This document shows, one piece after another, positions 34,818-50,665 of a DNA stretch of 64,000 bases. Each line of letters starts with the position of its first letter. Position 1 is the stretch's first letter. A program made the position numbers and the translations under genes. The stretch spans positions 6,450,001 to 6,514,000 of the forward strand of contig CM075992.1 of the NCBI GenBank assembly GCA_038087875.1. The letters run 5' to 3'. This DNA comes from Malacoraja senta (lineage: Eukaryota). The notes under the pieces were generated by a model. That model worked only from the letters and a program-made list of their open reading frames with translations, ran no database searches and was not told where the DNA came from.

Positions 34818-35417
34818 CTCCTATACTCAAATCCTTTTGCTATGAATGCTAACATACCATTCGCCTTCTTCACTATGAATGCTTTGGTTGTTTCTTTGGA
34901 TAAGGAGGCAAGTTGGGAGAACATTGAGGGAATTCCTGGAACAGGAGATACTGGATGAAATGTGCAGGAAGGAACTGCAGATTCACACCGATGTTAGACA
35001 CAAAGTGCTGGAGTAACTCAGCGGGACAGGCGGCATCTCAGCATAGAACAAGGGTCTCGATCCGAAACGTCACCCATGTTTTCTATCCAGAGATGCTGCC
35101 TTTCCCTCTGAGTTACTCCAGCATTTTGCGTCTGTCTTCGGAGATACTGGACACTTTCTTGAGGCAGCGCCTCTTGTAGATGTGTTCAATGGTGGGGAGG
35201 TCAGTACCCGTGAGGGACCAGTGTCTACAACATTCTGCAGCATCCTTTATTCTAGAGTGTCCATGTTACTGCAGGTGAGTGACCACGATGCAACCCGTCA
35301 GTGTGACCTGCATTGTACACCTGCAGTGTGATATTCAACAACACGCTGAATCTCACCATGTATCGCAACACTCACCAACATGCCCCGACACACATGCATC
35401 AGCACACATGCACTGGC

Positions 35418-35579
35418 ACACATATACCAGCATACGCATGCACATGCTAATGAACACACACATGTTGACCAACGCCTGTCTATACATGTAAACCACAGAC
35501 ACATATACCAGCATACGCATGCACATGCTAATGAACACACACATGTTGACCAACGCCTGTCTATACATGTAAACCACAG

Positions 35580-35585
<6 letters not shown>
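35418..35585. repeat. 81-bp tandem duplication
   Basis: CATATACCAGCATACGCATG... starts at 35421 and again at 35502. Confidence 0.9.
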
Positions 35586-37584
<1,999 letters not shown>

Positions 37585-38149
37585 GACACATGAGATTTAT
37601 GTTGAGGTTCCTGTCCCAGTGCTATCTCCCACAAGCACCCCCCCCCCTCTCCCCCTCTCCCTCTCTCTCTCCTTCTCCCTCTCTCTCTCTCTCTCTCACA
37701 CACAAGTAGATAGTCATGAATGCACGCACCCCTGACACTGCACAAACAGGTCTGATGGGTGGTGAATGCGGGAAGTCATTAAGCAACTGGCAGGGTGCCT
37801 GCCCACTGATCCACACACACACACAAGCGCTCACTGCTCCACCCTCCAACGCAACCATCGGTATCAGCAGAGAGATCACAGGGCAACCTGGGTTCACCTG
37901 CCCAATGCCAGGGTGCCATCCACACTCTAGCTGCCCCACACAGACTCACGTCACCCCCTCCATCCCAGCCCATCGCAGCCACAGCCCTCCCCGCCATCAA
38001 ACCATCTACAGGATAGGCCTCAAGACAGCAGCATCTATCATTGTTTCATCTATTCTATCCCATTCCTTCTCTCCAGAGATGCCGCCTGTCCGCTGAGTTA
38101 CTCCAGCATTTTGTGTCTATCTTCAAGATTCCCCGACATCCCACTCCCC

Positions 38150-38745
38150 CTCGCCCCCTCTCTCCACCCACCTCTCTCCACCCATCTCTCTCCACCCACC
38201 TCTCTCCGCCCACCTCTCTCCACCCATCTCTCTCCACCCACCTCTCTCCGCCCATCTCTCTCCACCCACCTCTCTCCACCCCCCTCTCTCCACCCATCTC
38301 TCTCCACCCACCTCTCTCCACCCCCCTCTCTCCACCCATCTCTCTCCCACCCACCTCTCTCCGCCCACCTCTCTCCACCCATCTCTCTCCCACCCACCTC
38401 TCTCCGCCCATCTCCCTCCACCCACCTCTCTCCACCCCCCTCTCTCCACCCATCTCTCTCCACCCACCTCTCTCCGCCCACCTCTCTCCACCCATCTCTC
38501 TCCACCCACCTCTCTCCGCCCATCTCTCTCCACCCACCTCTCTCCCACCCCCCTCTCTCCACCCATCTCTCTCCACCCACCTCTCTCCACCCATCTCTCT
38601 CCACCCACCTCTCTCCACCCACCTCTCTCCACCCACCTCTCTCCACCCATCTCTCTCCACCCACCTCTCTCCACCCATCTCTCTCCACCCACCTCTCTCC
38701 ACCCACCTCTCTCCACCCCCCTCTCTCCACCCCCCCTCTCTCAAC
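38150..38745. repeat. ~14-bp pyrimidine-rich minisatellite (CTCTCTCCACCCAC/AT)
   Basis: Seen directly in the sequence. Confidence 0.95.
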
Positions 38746-39224
38746 CCCACCTTCCCCCCACCCCCACCGAATTGTGAAAGACCCGGATAGAGTGGATGTG
38801 GAGAGGATGGTTCCACATTGGAGAGTCTAAGTCCAGAGGCCACAGCCTCAGAATTAAAGGACGTTCTTTTAGGAAGGAGATGAGGAGGAATTTCTTTAGT
38901 CAGAGGGTGGTGAATCGGTCACATTAGGCTGTGGAGGCCAAGTCCATGGATAGTTTTAGGGTGGAGATAGACAGATTCTTGATTAGTGTTTAAGAAGGAA
39001 CTGCAGATGCTGGAAAATCGAAGGTAGACAAACGTGCTGGAGAAGCTCAGCGGGTGAGGCAGCATCTATGGAGCGAAGGATTCTTGATTAGTACGGGTGT
39101 CAGGGGTTATGGGGAGAAGGGAGGAGAATGGGGTTAGGAGAGATAGAGCAGCCATGAATGAATGGCGGGGTAGACTTGATGGGCCGAATGGCCTAATTCA
39201 GCTCCTATCAATTATGACCTTATG

Positions 39225-39660
39225 TACACACACACACATACACACACTCACACATATATAGACATACACACACACTCACAGACTCACAAACACACACACA
39301 CACTCACAGACACACACACTCACAGACACACACACACTCACACACACACACTCACAGACACACACTCACAGACACACACACACTCACAGACACACACACA
39401 CTCACAGACTCACAAACACACACACACACTCACAGACACACACACACTCACAGACTCACAAACATACACACACACTCACAGACTCACAAACACACACACA
39501 CACTCACAGACACACACACACTCACAGACACACACACACTCACAGACACACACACACTCACAGACACACACACACTCACAGACTCACAAACACACACACA
39601 CACTCACAGACACACACACACTCACACACACACACTCACAGACACACACACACTCACAGA

Positions 39661-39693
<33 letters not shown>

Positions 39694-39748
39694 ACACACA
39701 CACACACACACACTCACAGACACATACACACTCAGTGAGACACACACA

Positions 39749-39843
<95 letters not shown>

Positions 39844-39857
39844 ACACGCACTCACTG
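39225..39857. repeat. (CA)n / CACACTCACAGA compound repeat
   Basis: Seen directly in the sequence. Confidence 0.95.
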
Positions 39858-41589
39858 AGTCCAGCGATCGCCCTGTACACTAACCCACACACAACTAGGG
39901 ACAATATTACATTTAACTGAAGCCATTTAATCTACAAACCTGTACATCTTTAGAGTGTGGGAGGAAACCAGAGCACCTGAAGAAAACCCATGTGGTCACG
40001 GGGAGAACGTACAAACTCCATACAGACAGCACCTGTGGTCAGGATGGAACCCGGGTCTCTGGCGCTGTAAGGCAGCAACTCCACCGCTGCACCACTGTTG
40101 TAAGAACATCATTGTTCTGCTCCAGTACACTCTTGACTCTTGTTTTAATAGTTTTACGCAGAGTGGGGGGGGGGGGGGGGTGCCTGGAACGCGCTGCCAG
40201 GGGTGGCGGTGGAGGCAGATACGATGGTGGTGTTTAGGAGGCTTTCAGATTGGCACATGGATAGGCAGGGCATGGAGGGGCATGGATCACGTGCAGGCAG
40301 AGGAGATCAGTGTCGTGTTCAGCACGGACATTGTGGGGCTGAAGGGCCTGTTACTTGGCTGTTCTGTCTATCTTTTATGTTCTTAAAGTTGCTAAGGTAG
40401 GGTTGGCAAAGTTGACTGATTGATTGATTGAAAGATACAGCATGGAGGGAGGCCCTTCGGCCCACCAAGTCCACACTGACCATCGATCACCCATACACAC
40501 TGAACTGAACACAACTGAATCTTCATATCACCAACTAGAGAGCAGTCCTGACCTACCATCTATCTGATTGAACAGGACTATCTTGAATTGGACTTTACTG
40601 TACATCATCTGCACTAAATCTTATTCCCTGTATCCTGTATCTGTACACTGTGGATGGCTTGACTGTAATCATGTATTGTCTTTTCTTTGACTGGATAGCA
40701 CGCAACAAAGGCCTTTTCATTGTACTTGGTACAGGCAAGTAGAAGGTAACCTAAACTAAACTAGATCTATATTACTCCATTTTCCCATCCACCCCCTACA
40801 CATTAGGACTATTTACAGAGGGCCAATAGACCCTACAAACCCGCACGTCTTTGGGACGTGGGAGGAAACCGGAGCACCCGGAGGAAACCCACGCAGTCAC
40901 AGGAGAACGTGCAAACTCCGAACAGGCAGCAGCCAAGGTCGGGATCGCACCCGGCTGTGAGGCAGCAGCTCTACCCGCTGCGCCAGCGTGCCGGCGTTTG
41001 TTCAAGAGCCTGCTGGTTGTTGGGAAGAAGCTGCTGTTGAAGGTCAGAAGCGATAGGAGTAGAATTAGGCCATTCGGCCCATCAAGTCTATTCTGCCATT
41101 CAACCACGGCTGATCTATCTCTCCCTCCAATCCCATGGCCCTTGACACCCGCACTAATCACGAATCTATCTATCTCTGCCTTAAAAATACCCATTGGACT
41201 TGGGTAAGGCTGGGTTGTTGCTTCTCTGGAGTGGGGTTACCATGAGTCCTGCTCGGTTGTTGTTGGAAGTACAGATGTTATCTCTGCTAATGATGTATGA
41301 CCAAACATGCAGATATGCCTTGGCAGTGAGACAGTGGCTGCTGCTATCGAACTGGCTTTGTTTATCTCCCATTCAAGCAGAGCCAGGGCGATGGAGTCAG
41401 ATTAGAAAGTAAACTCTTCCACTGAGTTCAGCCCAAGTCAGGGTGAACTCAGTGACTCTGGCAGGTGTCGTGCATGATCGTTGGAGCGGACACAGGAACT
41501 CTGGAACCTCTGTACATCCACAGCACTCAGACAGATTAGTTCTTTACACTTTAGAGACACAGCGTAGAAACAGGCCAGTCCGTGCCGAC

Positions 41590-42088
41590 CAGAGACGGCC
41601 TTACGCCGATTGGGCCGATTGCTCCCAATTGGACCCCGCGAGTAAGGGGGCCCGCGCCAGAGTAGATCTCGGCTCGGGTAGATCTACCCCAGGTGGAGGG
41701 AGGGGTGGGGAGAGGGGCGGAGAGAGAGTAGAGGGGTGGAGGGGGAAGAAAGGGGTGGACAGGGGTAATTTAATTTAAAAAAAAAAATCATTTCACAGTC
41801 ACTAAAACAAGTGGTATTGTAACTATGTACTATTCAGAGGTGATCTACACATTTTGTTTGCTACTTGTCGGCCTACATGTATGCGATTTTATATAAAAAT
41901 GTAGCTTAAATCTGTTTGGTCCATTAAGTCGCAGGCACTTTTTAGCGCACATTTTGATTACTTTCCATTCTACCATAAAGATATGAAGTCTATAATAGAC
42001 TGTATTTGTATTTCTATGAATCTACAGACCTTGGCTGGGAACCTGGGGCTCACCAAAATTGTTCCCAATTGGGGCCCCGCACCTCCTG
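41590..42088. mobile_element. hAT-type non-autonomous DNA transposon with a damaged right TIR
   Basis: 8-bp TSD GTGCCGAC at 41582-41589 and 42089-42096 interrupting a V-SINE tail; CAG...CTG termini; subterminal repeat TCCCAATTGG..CCCGC at both ends. Confidence 0.7.
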
Positions 42089-42277
42089 GTGCCGACCAGC
42101 GATCCTGTACACTAACACTATCTACACACACGAGGGCATGAAGACACGAGTGTTTAAGGCTCTGTTTGGTAGTTTAGTTTAGTTTAGAGATACAACGTGG
42201 AAACAGGCCCTTCGGCCCACAGAGCCCGCGCTGACCAGCGATGCCCGCACAACGTGGATAGTTTACAGAAGCCAATT

Positions 42278-42688
42278 AGAAACATAGAAACATAGAAAAT
42301 AGGTGCAGGAGGAGGCCATTCGGCCCTTCGAGCCTCCACCGCCATTCAATGTGATCATGGCTGATCATCCAACTCAGTATCCTGTACCTGCCTTCTCTCC
42401 ATACCCCCTGATCCCTTTAGCCACAAGGGCCACATCTAACTCCCTCTTAAATATAGCCAATGAACTGGCCTCAACTACCTTCTGTGGCAGAGAATTCCAC
42501 AGATTCACCACTCTCTGTGTGAAAAATGTTTTTCTCATCTCGGTCCTAAAAGACTTCCCCCTTATCCTTAAACTGTGACCCCTTGTTCCGGACTCCCCCC
42601 AACATCGGGAACAATCTTCCTGCATCTAGCCTGTCCAACCCCTTAAGAATTTTGTACGTTTCTATAAGATCCCCCCTCAATCTTCTCA
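42278..42688 (-). mobile_element. CR1 3' fragment, near-identical to 32775-33195
   Basis: TRGHSLRIRGKSFRTEMRKTFFTQRVVNLWNSLPQ; nested in a V-SINE. Confidence 0.88.
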
Positions 42689-42913
42689 ATTAACCTACAA
42701 ACCCGCACGCCTTTGGAGTGTGGGAGGAAACCGGAGCACCCGGAGAAAAAAACAGGTGGTCACGGGGAGAATGTGCAAACTCCGCACAGACAGCACCTGT
42801 AGTCAAGATGGAACCTGGGTGGGTCTCTGGCGCTGTGAGGCAGCAACTCTACCGCTGCACCACCATGCCACCCCATTTTATTCTGCAATTATAGGACTCA
42901 AAGTGCTGGAGTA

Positions 42914-43041
42914 ACTCAGCGGGTCAGGCAGCATCTCTGGAGATGGACTCAGCGGGTCAGGCAGCATCTCTGGAGCTGGACTCAGTGGGTCAGGCAGCAT
43001 CTCTGGAGATGGACTCAGTGGGTCAGGCAGCATCTCTGGAG
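42914..43041. repeat. 33-bp tandem repeat (about 4 units) derived from a Penelope tail
   Basis: ACTCAG(C/T)GGGTCAGGCAGCATCTCTGGAG(A/C)TGG units. Confidence 0.88.
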
Positions 43042-46000
43042 AACATGGATGTTTAAAGCGGAGATCGACAGATTTGTGATTAGTACGGGTGTTAAAAGCT
43101 ATGGGGAGAAGGCAGGAGAATTGGGTTGAGAGGGAAAGATAGATCAGCCATGATTGAATGGTGGAGCAGACTCCATGGGCCAAATGGCCTCATTCTGCTC
43201 CTATGATTTATTAATTTTTTATGAACATACGGGCAGGGAACCTTCTTCAAACGTCTCCACCCAAAACCTCACCTATCCACGTTCTCCAGAGATGCTGCCT
43301 GACCCGCTGAGTTACTCCAGCACTTTGTCTCTTTTTATGTATTAACCCGCATCTGCAGTTCCTTGTTTCCACCTTATTTCAGGGCAGAGGGAGGTTCACT
43401 GTGCCTGACCCTGTGCTGTCCCTGCCCTGGGAGTGTGAAGGGACAGGGTGGAGAGAGCCTGGCTCATTCAGGCTGCACTGGATCTTTGGAAGACCTATCC
43501 ATCCAGAAGTCCACACTGACCTCTCCCCAGAGCCTGCTACATCTTGCCGCTCAGACACTTACTCTATCCCCTTTCAAATGACCACAACAGGTCCTCCCCC
43601 GGAATGGGCGGAAGGGTCTTGACCTGAAATGGTTCCCTGCCCACTGCCCAAGTGGACTGGGGGGGTCCCAAAGCCCCCACCCTAAACCCTTCCCTGTCCC
43701 CACCCTCAGTCAACATCACGGTGGTGCAGCGGTAGAGTTGCTGCCTCACATTGCAGAGACCCGGGTTCGACCCTGACCACGGGTGCTGCCCGTCCGGAGT
43801 TTGCACGTTCTCCCTGTGACCAGCGTGGATTTTCACCGGGAGCTCCGGTTTAACTCCCACATCCTAATACGTACATGTTTTTGGGGCTGATTGGCTTGGT
43901 ATAATTGTAAATTGTCCCCAGTGTGTGGGGTAATGTCAGTGTGCGGGGATCGCTGGTCGGCACGGACTCGATGGGTTGAAGGGCCTGTTTAGCACTGTAT
44001 TTCTAAACTGAGCTAAATAAACTATCTTCGTATCATCCGCAAACTTGGCCACGAAGCCATTAATTCCAACGTTCAGATCATTAATATACAATGTGAAGAG
44101 GAGCGGCCTCAATACTGAGCCTTGCGGAACTCCGCTAGTCACTGGTCGTCAACCTGGAACAACTGGAGGAACAAGTGCAGGATGACTTCCCCAATGCACC
44201 AGGACTACCACCAGGAATGCCAAGCCAGGGTCAAACCGGGCCAAACCTTGGCCAGGGCCAAGCCAGGATCAACCGGCAGATTAACATGGAGCTCTTGGTC
44301 AAGTCAAGTCAAGTCAAGTTTTATTCATCACAGTGAGTTGAATTTGCCAGCAGCGGTACAATAATAAAGAACACACAATACCAATAAAAAATGTAACACA
44401 AACATCCACCACAGCATTCATCACTGTGGGGGAAGGCACAACATTTGGCCGGTCCTCCTCCATTTTGCATTTTTCCCCGTGGTCGGGACCTCAACCCTCC
44501 GCAGCTGCCGCTGCGGGCGTCCAGATGTTCAGACAAGGTTAAGTCCTGAATCAGCGCCTCCCCACCGGAGACCACGGCTTCAAGTAGGTGTAGGCCGCAG
44601 GCCGGCGGTCGAAGAATTAAAGTCCCCGCCGCGCCGCAGCCAGAAGCACCGCAGACCGCAGGGCCGGCGGTCTACCTGTCCATGTCTGCCTACTTCGACT
44701 GCAAAAGAAATGGCGGCACGGCGGCGCGGCGGTAGAGTTGCTGCCTCACTATCGCCAGAGACCCGGTTTCCATCCTGACTACGGGTGCTGTCTGTATGGA
44801 GTTTGTACATTCTCACCATGACCCCCGAGATCTTCGGTTTCCTCCCAAACTCTATAGACGTACAGGTTTATCGGCTACTTGGCATATATGTAAATTGTCC
44901 CTAGTGGGTGTAGGGTAGTGTTAATGAACAGGGATCGCTGGTCAGTGAGGACGTGGTGGGCCGAAGGGCCTGTTTCCGCGCTGTATCTCTAAACTAAGCC
45001 ATCTGTGTATTATTGCATTAAAGGCCCTGTAAAGCTGTAGCAAGTATGGATGCCATTGTTCCATTGTCGATACATATGGCAATTACACACTCTTGAATCT
45101 AGAATGGAGTATTTGACCTGGAAGGGCTTGGTACTCTAAACTAAACTAAACTGCACTGGACTAAGATTCACAATGGAGAATAAATGTACAAACTGTCCCC
45201 AGTGTGTTAGTGTGCGGGGATCGCTGGTCGGTGCGGACTCAGTGGGCCGAAGGGCCTCTTTCCACGCTGTGTCTCTAAATTAAACTAAAAAGCCTTTTTA
45301 TTCCCACTCTTTGCCTTCTTCCATTCAGCCAGCTTCTATCCATGCTAGTATCATCCTCCAATGCCATGTCATCTCATCTTGTTTGGCATTACTATGTGGG
45401 GCACCTTATCAAAGTTAAACTGGTCTCCTCTGCCTGCAGGTGATCCATATCCCTCCATTCCCTTCACATCTAACAGCGTCTTAAACGCCACTGTCGTATC
45501 AGCCTCCACCACCACCCCTGGCATCACGTTCCAGGCACCCACCACCCTCAGTGTATGAAACACATCTCCTGTAAACATTGGCCCCTCTCACTCACACCGT
45601 TCCCGTGCCCCTCCAGTGGATTTGGATGAAGTTAGGGACACCTACGATACGATAGAACTTTATTTATCCCAGGAGGGGAATTGACATCACATCGACTGTC
45701 TGGAGAAGGGTCTCGACCTGAAACGTCACCCATTCCTTCTCTCCAGAGACGCTGCCTGTCCCGCTGAGTTACTCCAGCTTTTTGTGTCTATCTTCAGTGT
45801 AAACCAGCATCGGCAGTTCCTTCCTACAACACTGCCCCTTAGTCACAGGCTGCACCTGCACGGCGCGGACTCGGTGGGCCGAAGGGCCTGTTCCCGTGCT
45901 GTAACTCTAAAGTCTAAAGTAAGCCTAGCACTCCAGGGTCCAGGAATCACAAGCCAATGGCTTGGGGACAAAACCCATGATGGAGCTACAGAGATGAAGG

Positions 46001-46147
46001 TCTGTTAATAAGCTGAGTGGAGCAGCGGTAGAGTTGCTGCCTCACAGCACCAGAGTCCCGGGTTTGATCCTGACCTCGGGTGCTGTCTGTGCGGAGTTTG
46101 CACATCCTTCCAGTGACCATGTGGGTTTCCTCCTGGTGATCCAGTTT

Positions 46148-46522
46148 ATAGACAATAGACAATAGACAATAGGTGCAGGAGTAGGCCATTTGGCCCTTCG
46201 AGCCATTCAATATGATCATGGCTGATCATCCCCAATCAGTACCCCGTTCCTGCCTTCTCCCCATATCCCCTGACTCCGCTATTTTTAAGAGCCCTATCTA
46301 GCTCTCTCTTGAAAGCATCCAGAGAACCTTCCTCCACTGCCCTCTGAGGCAGAGAATTCCACAGACCCACCGGTCTCTGTGAGAAAAAGTGTTCCTCGTC
46401 TCCGTTCTAAATGGCTTACTCCTTATTCTTAAACCGTGGCCCCTGGTTCTGGACTCCCCCAACATCGGGAACATGTTTCCTGCCTCTAGCGTGTCCAAGC
46501 CCTTAACAATCTTATATGTTTC
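46148..46522 (-). mobile_element. CR1 3' fragment nested in a V-SINE
   Basis: ETYKIVKGLDTLEAGNMFPMLGESRTRGH; (CTATTGT)n tail. Confidence 0.85.
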
Positions 46523-47709
46523 CTCCCACAATCCAAAGACGTGCGGGTTGGTAGGTTAATTGGTCTCTGTAAAAATTGCCCCTAGTGGGTAGTGTGTAGA
46601 TGAGAAAATGGGATAACATAGAAACAGTGTAAACAGGTGATTAATGGTTGGTGTGGACTCGCTGGGCAGAAGGGTTTGTTTTCATGCTGTATCTCTCTAT
46701 CTATCAATAGTCTTAGCAACAGTGGCCACAGAACCACCAGCCACAAAGAGTCACAAAGTCTATAACTTTTACAGTTCAGAAATACCATGCGGAAACAAGC
46801 ACTTCGGTCCGCTGAGTCCGGCCCCACCAGCGATCAGCCCATACTCTAGTATTATCCTACACACTAGGGACAATTTACACATTACAGAAGCCAATTAACC
46901 TACAAATCCATACGTCTTTGGAATGTGGGAGGAAACCGGAGCACCCGGTGAAAACCCACGCGGTCACAGGGAGAGCGTACAAACTCTGTACAGACAGCAC
47001 CCATAGTCAGGATTGAACCTGGGTCTCCGATGCTGTAAGGCAGCAACTCTACCGCTGAGACACCATGGTGACTCGAAACATCGTCCATCCTCTTTCTCCC
47101 GAGATGCTGCCTGAGCTGCTGAGTTACTGCGGCAATTTGTGTCTATCTTTGCTGTTATCAGACAACTGAACCATCCGACCTCAACTAGACCTCATTGGAG
47201 ACCCTCGGACTATCTTTGATCGGATCTTACGGGCTTTATCTTGCACTATTCCCTTTTTCATGTATCTGTACACTGAGGATGGCTTGATTGTAGTAATGTA
47301 TTGTCTTTTCCACTGTGGTTAGCACGCAACAAAAGCTTTTCACTGTACCTGGGTACACGTGACTACAAACTAAACTGAACTAAACTAAACTTAGAAGGTA
47401 CACAAAAATGCTGGAGAAACTCAGCGGGTGCAGCAGCATCTATGGAGCGAAGGAAATAGGTAACGTTTCAGGCCAAAACCCTTCTTCAGACAATTAACTA
47501 AACTTATCTTTGGTATTGATCAGTATCTGCAGTTCTTTGTTTCTCCTATTAAATCTTTCCCCTCTCATCTTAAACCTGTGTCCTCTGGCTCTTGGTCCCC
47601 CTACGCTGGGTAAAAGTGCATTCACCCAATCTATTCCCCTCATCATTTTATACACCTCCATATTAAGATCAGCCTTCATTCTCCTGCCTGGAACCATTTG
47701 TGGCCACCT

Positions 47710-47724
47710 GCTGCCCTCTTGTGG
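47710..47724 (-). promoter_or_regulatory. Candidate CTCF site
   Basis: CCACAAGAGGGCAGC on the minus strand in a short non-TE island. Confidence 0.5.
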
Positions 47725-48229
47725 CTGAGTGCAGAATGGCCTGAACTCCACTGATGATGGTGAAGTAACTATGTCATAGTTATAGAAGGAACTGCAGATG
47801 CTGGAAAATCGAAGGTAGACAAAAATGCTGGAGAAACTCAGCTGGGTGAGGCAGCATCTATGGAGCGAAGGAAATAGGCGACGTTTCTGGTCGAGACCCT
47901 TCTTCAGACTGATCTTATTGTAACTCTGTGAGTCTGAAGAAGGGTCTCAACTCGAAACATCGCCCATTCCTTTTCTCCAGAGATGCTGCCTGACCTGCTG
48001 AATTGCTCCAGCTTTTTGTGTCTGTGGCTTTGATGATGAAATAATTTTCCTATCGATAAAAGTCAAAAGAAAGTGCAAATGTTGGAAGCAGAAATAAAAA
48101 CAGAAGCTGCTGGAAAACTCAGCAGGTCAGACACGAAACTGAATTGTTAGACCAACAGTGGATCAGTGGTTTTGGAGGATTCTGTGGAGATATCTGTGGG
48201 GATATCATTTCTGGTATCTCATAGTCACA

Positions 48230-48540
48230 GAGTTATAGAGTGTGAAATCTGGCCCTTCAGCCCAACTTGCCCATACTGACCAACATGTCCCATCTATACT
48301 AGCCCCGCTGCCTGTGTTTAGTCCGTATCCCTCTAAAACTGTCCTATCCATGTACCTGTCTAAATACTTCTCAAATGTTGGGATAGTCCCTGCCTCAACT
48401 ACCTGCTCTGGCAGCTTGTTCCATATACACACCACCCTTTGTGTGAAAAGGTTACCCCTCAGATTCCTATTCAATCTTTCCCCCCTCACCTTAAACCTAT
48501 GTCCTCTGGTCCTCGATTCCCCTACTCTGGGCAAGAGACT
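48230..48540 (-). mobile_element. CR1 (HER1-like) 3' fragment
   Basis: PRVGESRTRGHRFKVRGERLNRNLRGNLFTQRVVCIWNKLP; tail TGGGCTGAAGGGCC shared with the SINEs. Confidence 0.82.
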
Positions 48541-48760
48541 CAGTGCGTCTCTTGAAGTGTCTGTTGAAAGTCATTAATGTTTCAGAACAAAGGGCGGCAA
48601 ATGTTGCAATTAGTCGGGGCGCTGCCTCATAATTCCGGCAATCCGAGTTCAATTCTGACCTCAGACGCTGTCCGTGTGGAGTTTGCATGTTCTCCCCACA
48701 ACTCCCTGACTCTATAACTCAGTTGGCCGGGCAGCGTCTGTGAAGTGGGAAATAGAGTAA

Positions 48761-49118
48761 TGCCCCCGTGCCACTTAGAAAACCTGAAAGGAAACCTCTG
48801 TAAGACCTCCCTGGTGGAATAAAACTGGGTGAAATAAAGGTCTTACCTTCCACTACCTGCAACCTCCGGCAACCACCTTCAACTAGCATCGCAACCGGTT
48901 TTGACTAAAAAATGACCGATTTTTAAAACAGCAACCTATTTTTAGTCGCGGCTGGTTTTTGAATTTTTTGAAATAATCGCCGGAACATAGAAGAAGCGGA
49001 AACCACTTTCGACCATTAGGGAGACTGACGAAAACCTCCGGGAACCGTACGGAAACCTTGGGTGGGGCGCAAAGTCTCCAGAGGTTTCCGTTCAGGTTTC
49101 CTAAGTGGGACAGGGGCA
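48761..49118. mobile_element. Harbinger-type MITE
   Basis: Imperfect ~45-bp TIRs TGCCCC.GT.CCACTTAG.AAACCTGAA.GGAAACCTCTG; TAA/TTA flanks. Confidence 0.75.
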
Positions 49119-49989
49119 TTAATGTTTCAGGGCAAAGACTTGAAGAGTTTGCAAGTTGGGAACTTGTGACCAGTGAGTAAACATGCTGCCTGGTTGGGCA
49201 GCACAGTGGCACGGCAGTGGAGTTGGTGCCTCACAGCGCCAGAGACCCGGGTTCCATCCTGACCCCGGGTGCTGTCTGTGTGTAGTTTGCATGTTCTCCC
49301 CGTGACCACGTGGGTTTCCTCCGGGTGCTCCGGTTTCCTCCCACATCCCAAAGGTTTGCCTGTCAATTGGCCCTCTGTAAATTATCCCTAGAGTGTGTAG
49401 GGAGTGGATGAGAAAATGGGTTAACATGACTGATGGTCAGCATGGAAGCAGTGGGCTGAATGGCCTGATTCCATGCTGTGTTTCTAAACAAAACCATGAA
49501 CAGTGGTTCGGGGAGTTGCTTCAGCGTTATAAGCTGACAACCCCATCGACCAAAGGTAGACACAAAATGCTGGAGTAACTCAGCGGGACAGGCAGCATCT
49601 CTGGAGAGAAGGAATGGGTGACGTTTCTGGTCGAGACCCTTCTTCAGACTGAGAGTCAGGGGAGAGAAGAGAAGCGTCACCCATTCCTTCTCTCCAGAGA
49701 TGCTGCCCGACCCGCTGAGTTACTCCAGCATTTTGTGTCTATCTTCGGTGTAAACCAGCACCTGCAGTTCCTTCCTACACAAACCCCTGGACCAGGCTGG
49801 GTAAGAATGGTGAATTTTACTCCCTAATCACCACGGTTACTGAGTGACAGGCATTTTTTAACCACGAGATTTGTTTAATGTATTCATTTTCAAGGCCCCC
49901 CCTGCTGGGATGGTGAGAGGTGAACTTTGTCACCAGTCCAGAGCAGCTACAAAGCTGGGTTGGCAGCCACAGAGGCAGCCTGGGGATGT

Positions 49990-50004
49990 CCACAAGAGGG
50001 CAGC
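49990..50004 (+). promoter_or_regulatory. Candidate CTCF site
   Basis: CCACAAGAGGGCAGC on the plus strand, the same 15-mer as at 47710 but with unrelated flanks. Confidence 0.5.
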
Positions 50005-50072
50005 GAAGCGCCGCAATCCCGGCAGAACACTGATGTAGTGCGGCAAGTGAAAGGGGCAAAGTTTAAAGGTGA

Positions 50073-50124
50073 CTAGACCAAGTGCGGACCCGTTGGGTCT
50101 GTTCCCCCAACGCGGGGTGGGGGC
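50073..50124 (-). mobile_element. 52-bp Helitron-like 3' terminus inserted in a CR1 fragment
   Basis: Minus strand: hairpin GACCC-AAC-GGGTC shortly before a terminal CTAG; inserted between A and T with no TSD; 5' TC absent. Confidence 0.5.
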
Positions 50125-50376
50125 TGTAGGGGAAAGTTTATTTTACACAGAGGGCTGTGGGTGCCTGGAACACGCTGCCAGGTGTGGTGGTGGAGGCCGA
50201 TAAGAAACTTTGAATGTAGATATAGATATGTAGTGAATGCTGCAATATGCATCAGATAAGAGTTTGTCTTGATGTCCTGTTTGGCACGGACATTGTGGGC
50301 TGAAGGGCCTGTTCCTGTGCTGTACTGTTCTACTTTCTATGACGGGTGAGGTGCACTGGCAGATTGTCCGTGGGAG

Positions 50377-50665
50377 CGGCACGGTGGCGCAGCGGTAGAG
50401 TTGCTGCCTCACGGCGCCAGAGACCCAGGTTCGATCCCGACTACGGGTGCTGTCTGTACGGAGTTTGCACGTTCTCCCCGTGACCTCCGGGTGCTCCGGT
50501 TTCCTCCCGCACTCCAAAGACGTCCGGGTTTGCGGGGAAATTTGGCTTCTGCAAACTATCTCTGGTGTGTCGGGTAGAACTAGTGTACGGGCGATCGCTG
50601 GTCGGCACAGACTTGGTGGGCAGAAGGGCCTGTTTCCTCGCTGTATCGTTAAACTTAACTAAACC
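50377..50665 (+). mobile_element. HE1-like V-SINE
   Basis: GGCACGGTGGCGCAGCGGTAGAGTTGCTGCC...GGTTCGATCC, V-domain and tail. Confidence 0.85.

Noticed and set aside
42914..43041. CRISPR-like ~33-bp repeats (also the 43-bp repeats at ~24069-24178)
   Set aside because: No unique spacers, no cas genes and a eukaryotic context; they are tandem duplications of TE pieces.
50377..50445. tRNA genes suggested by A/B boxes (many sites)
   Set aside because: These are tRNA-derived SINE heads that continue into the V-domain and LINE tail.
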